Below are positions 54,906-57,672 of a stretch of 57,672 bases of DNA, in pieces. Both the position numbers and the translations under genes were made by a program. This DNA is from a virus (taxonomy: Duplodnaviria; Caudoviricetes): IMG/VR virus record IMGVR_UViG_3300044296_000098, positions 1 through 57,672 of that record. One strand, written 5' to 3'. The notes beneath the pieces were generated by a model, which was not told where the DNA came from, did no database searches, and saw only the letters and a list, made by a program, of their open reading frames with translations. The first letter of the stretch is position 1. Every line of letters begins with the position of its first letter.

Positions 54906-57672
54906 TCAGCCTCCTTGAGTAAAGTAGCGACCCATGTGCGGGACGTGGTAGAACCGCTCGAAATACTTGTTGATGTCCGCTGCGGAGTATTTCCCGTCTT
55001 TCGCCAAAGTGATGAACTTGACGGAGTTGGGATCGCTCATTGCGTTAATGAGCGCTTGCCGTTCCGCTGCGTATTTCTGTTCCCCGTTTTCCTGATCGAA
55101 TGCGGCATACACGTTGGAAGCAAGACCCGTGGTTGAGTCTTGGCGGTAGTTTCGCAAATGCGCCGCTCGATCGAGGTTCTGTTGCGTAGCTACCGCCAAT
55201 CTCGCGGCCAATTCCCGTGCAGCACGAGGATCTTGGTCAAGATTAGGATTTGCCTCCAAAAACTGTTTGAACGACTGAAAGGCCCTCAAATCCGACTCGT
55301 GCGCATTTGCTCCGGCGGAATACGTATTGAGTTTATCCAACAGCTGCTTCGTGCTGCTGATGTCTCCGAAAGCCCCTGGTTTTACGTCCATTCCAATCAT
55401 TCGGGCGAAGGTGTCGGCTGCGTTCACGTACATGGAACGTACGGCGGAATACGCGCCGGGGGTATTGAAACCGCCAGTTATGCCCGCGTTTCCGATCAAA
55501 GCCATACGCTCCAAGGAGGAAGGACGGTCTTGATAAGCCGCACGAGCGGCACTCGTGATGCGGTCGACGTTTGCCTCCGACTGCTTTCGCAGTTCAGGAG
55601 AATTTAGGCCTGCAACATCTTCATTCTTTGCAAGCGCGCGAGAAGCGTCACCGTAAGTTACTCCCGGAGAGGGAGGCAAAGGCGCCACCGTCGGGATCGG
55701 GGCTCCGGGTTCGCCCGACGGAACCGGCTGCCCTTCGTACAATTCAACGCGTTGCCCGCTCTTGATCATCTGATCGACGATCTGACGCGAAACATAGCGC
55801 AAAGAACCCGTAACCGGGTCTTTGATAGCCACTTCATTAGAGCCCGGAATACGGGGAGCCGCCGTAAGCGCCAGTTTCTGCCGCTGCTCCTGTTCCTTCA
55901 AGATCTGTTGTTGCGTCGGTTCGTATGCTTGAGCCGCCGCCCCCACACCTTGCAGGATAGCGGCGCCTAGGTAGCGGCTCGGCGACGACGCCATTGTGCC
56001 GACGCCCGACAGAAGCGGGATCAACCAATCGCGATTGCGCTCCAGCCAATGGCCGCTCCCGGCCGGCTTCGGCTGCGGCTCGGCGGCTGGGAGCTGCCGT
56101 TGCAACTCGGCGGCTGAGGGCGCCAGGCCGGCGGGCACAGGCGGCGGCGGCTCGACGGCCGGGGGCGCCCCTGGAGGGAGGACATTCTCTTTTACTTCTT
56201 GCGCTCGCAAAGGCGCGAGGCCGGCGTTCTTCGGCGGGACCGGCGGGACTGGCAAGGCTTCGGCCGCGGTGGGCGCCCCCTCGACGGGCGGCGCTACGTC
56301 TCTAACTTGCGGCTCAGTTTTCCACGCGGGTTCTGGCGAATGCATCCAAGCCGGCCATAGTGCCTTTCCGACTTTACGCAGTTCCTCCCAATAAGATTGT
56401 CCCGGAGAGACGCCGCCCGGAGGCCCTTGGGTAAGAGCGGGTTCCGCCGTCGGGTCGATCGCCACGTCGCCGCCGTCTTCATACCCGTGGCGCCCGGCCA
56501 CACCGCCGGTATGAAGCTGGGACAAGACCCCCAAGCCGCCGCCAATCAAGGCCCCCCAAGGGCCGCCAATCATGGCGCCAGTCGCGGCTCCCGATAGCCC
56601 CCCGCTAATCGGGTTCTTCTTTGCGGCGGGAGGAGGAGCCGCAGCAGCCTGAAGCGTTTTAGGCTTCTCCGGCTTGTCTTCGACCCCTTGGTCCATGTAG
56701 CCGTCCGAACTGCCGTCATACGGCGTACCGCCGTCGGCATATCCTCGCGAGGCGGCGAAACCAGCCAAACCCGGGTTGTGGCGAATAGTCGGGCCAAGAG
56801 CCAAACCCAGCAAGCCTAGTTCGGAAACCCCCAGCGCGCTTCCCTCGTCGTCCGTCATACCGCCGTCGGCATAATGAACGCGACCGCCATGCGCCGCTCT
56901 CACCAACCTGCCCGCATCGGTGATATTAGACGGAGCATCCGTCATAGCCTGTAGGTCTTCGGTCGACGGAGTGGTCAGCCAATCGTACGCCTTGCCTAGT
57001 CCTTCCGCCCCGGCCTGGCCCATGCCGTACAGGGTCTTCACGTCCTGCCCGATGCCCGCCGCGCCATGGAGGCCGCTCGCGAGCGTCGGCTGCTGTTGCG
57101 GGGCGGGCGTCTTGGCGGTCACGAGAGACGGATGCGAACCTCCGCCGGTCGGGATACCGAGTCCCATGCCCTCGCCCGGCATACCGGACAGGCCTCGGCC
57201 GTGCCGCCCCCACGGGGCGTTGGCAAACATATCCGCCTGCGCTCGCAGCATCGCGGCGTAATCGCTGTCCCCGACAAGGCCGCCGCCGGCAAAGCCGAGC
57301 CCCGCGTGTTCGGGCGCCACGGCGCCCCCCATCGAGGCGGCGTCCGCTGTGGCCTTGTCATAGTCGACCGTCTTATAGCCGCCGGCCAGGCCGACCGCCT
57401 CGGGATGATGCTTCTCGACGTCCTGAGCGAGCAACCCGATATGCTTGCCGGGTTGACCGCGGTAACGGTACTTGAAGATCTTCTGCCCGTCGTAGGTCTC
57501 GCCCACAGGCTCGATGTCTTCCTTCAGCCGCTCATCGGAGAAGAAGGACGACGGCGAAGTAGTCGTTGTGGTCGACCCCGATAGCGCGCCCGTGCCCTCG
57601 GCGATGTTCGCCTCGAATTGGGCCGCCTGGAACGGGTAAGCCTGTTGCTGTTGGAACTGCTTATACAGCGCC
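54906..57672 (-). CDS. 3' part of the large ejection protein that starts at 1387
   Basis: Frame is open to the right edge and matches the frame in 1-692. Confidence 0.8.
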   Translation of the reverse strand, partial: ALYKQFQQQQAYPFQAAQFEANIAEGTGALSGSTTTTTSPSSFFSDERLKEDIEPVGETYDGQKIFKYRYRGQPGKHIGLLAQDVEKHHPEAVGLAGGYKTVDYDKATADAASMGGAVAPEHAGLGFAGGGLVGDSDYAAMLRAQADMFANAPWGRHGRGLSGMPGEGMGLGIPTGGGSHPSLVTAKTPAPQQQPTLASGLHGAAGIGQDVKTLYGMGQAGAEGLGKAYDWLTTPSTEDLQAMTDAPSNITDAGRLVRAAHGGRVHYADGGMTDDEGSALGVSELGLLGLALGPTIRHNPGLAGFAASRGYADGGTPYDGSSDGYMDQGVEDKPEKPKTLQAAAAPPPAAKKNPISGGLSGAATGAMIGGPWGALIGGGLGVLSQLHTGGVAGRHGYEDGGDVAIDPTAEPALTQGPPGGVSPGQSYWEELRKVGKALWPAWMHSPEPAWKTEPQVRDVAPPVEGAPTAAEALPVPPVPPKNAGLAPLRAQEVKENVLPPGAPPAVEPPPPVPAGLAPSAAELQRQLPAAEPQPKPAGSGHWLERNRDWLIPLLSGVGTMASSPSRYLGAAILQGVGAAAQAYEPTQQQILKEQEQRQKLALTAAPRIPGSNEVAIKDPVTGSLRYVSRQIVDQMIKSGQRVELYEGQPVPSGEPGAPIPTVAPLPPSPGVTYGDASRALAKNEDVAGLNSPELRKQSEANVDRITSAARAAYQDRPSSLERMALIGNAGITGGFNTPGAYSAVRSMYVNAADTFARMIGMDVKPGAFGDISSTKQLLDKLNTYSAGANAHESDLRAFQSFKQFLEANPNLDQDPRAARELAARLAVATQQNLDRAAHLRNYRQDSTTGLASNVYAAFDQENGEQKYAAERQALINAMSDPNSVKFITLAKDGKYSAADINKYFERFYHVPHMGRYFTQGG
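56981..57672. repeat. Right copy of the 692-bp terminal direct repeat
   Basis: Matches 1-692; the first 80 and last 127 nt are identical. Confidence 0.97.

Overview
The window is an essentially complete, circularly permuted genome of about 57 kb from a high-GC tailed dsDNA phage. Bases 1-692 recur, with 24 substitutions, at 56981-57672. It looks podovirus-like: portal, adaptor and nozzle-type genes and ejection proteins are present, with no tail tube, sheath or tape measure. The minus strand carries packaging, head, tail, lysis and ejection genes (about 1-30.3 kb and 51.7-57.7 kb). A repeat-rich control region at 30.4-32.9 kb contains terS and a candidate origin. It is followed by early genes with a shared promoter/leader cassette and a replication module (primase-helicase, SF2 helicase, Cas4-like exonuclease, SSB, overprinted C5 methyltransferase, family A polymerase). 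The standout locus is 48222-49913. A solitary Cas7/RAMP-like gene is followed by five 51-nt hairpin repeats whose spacers are strings of CGC-NN pentamers (invariant CGC, variable dinucleotide), and then by a winged-helix-like gene. This is a candidate phage-encoded RNA-guided system that is not a canonical CRISPR. All functional calls come from motif recognition by eye; no database searches were run.
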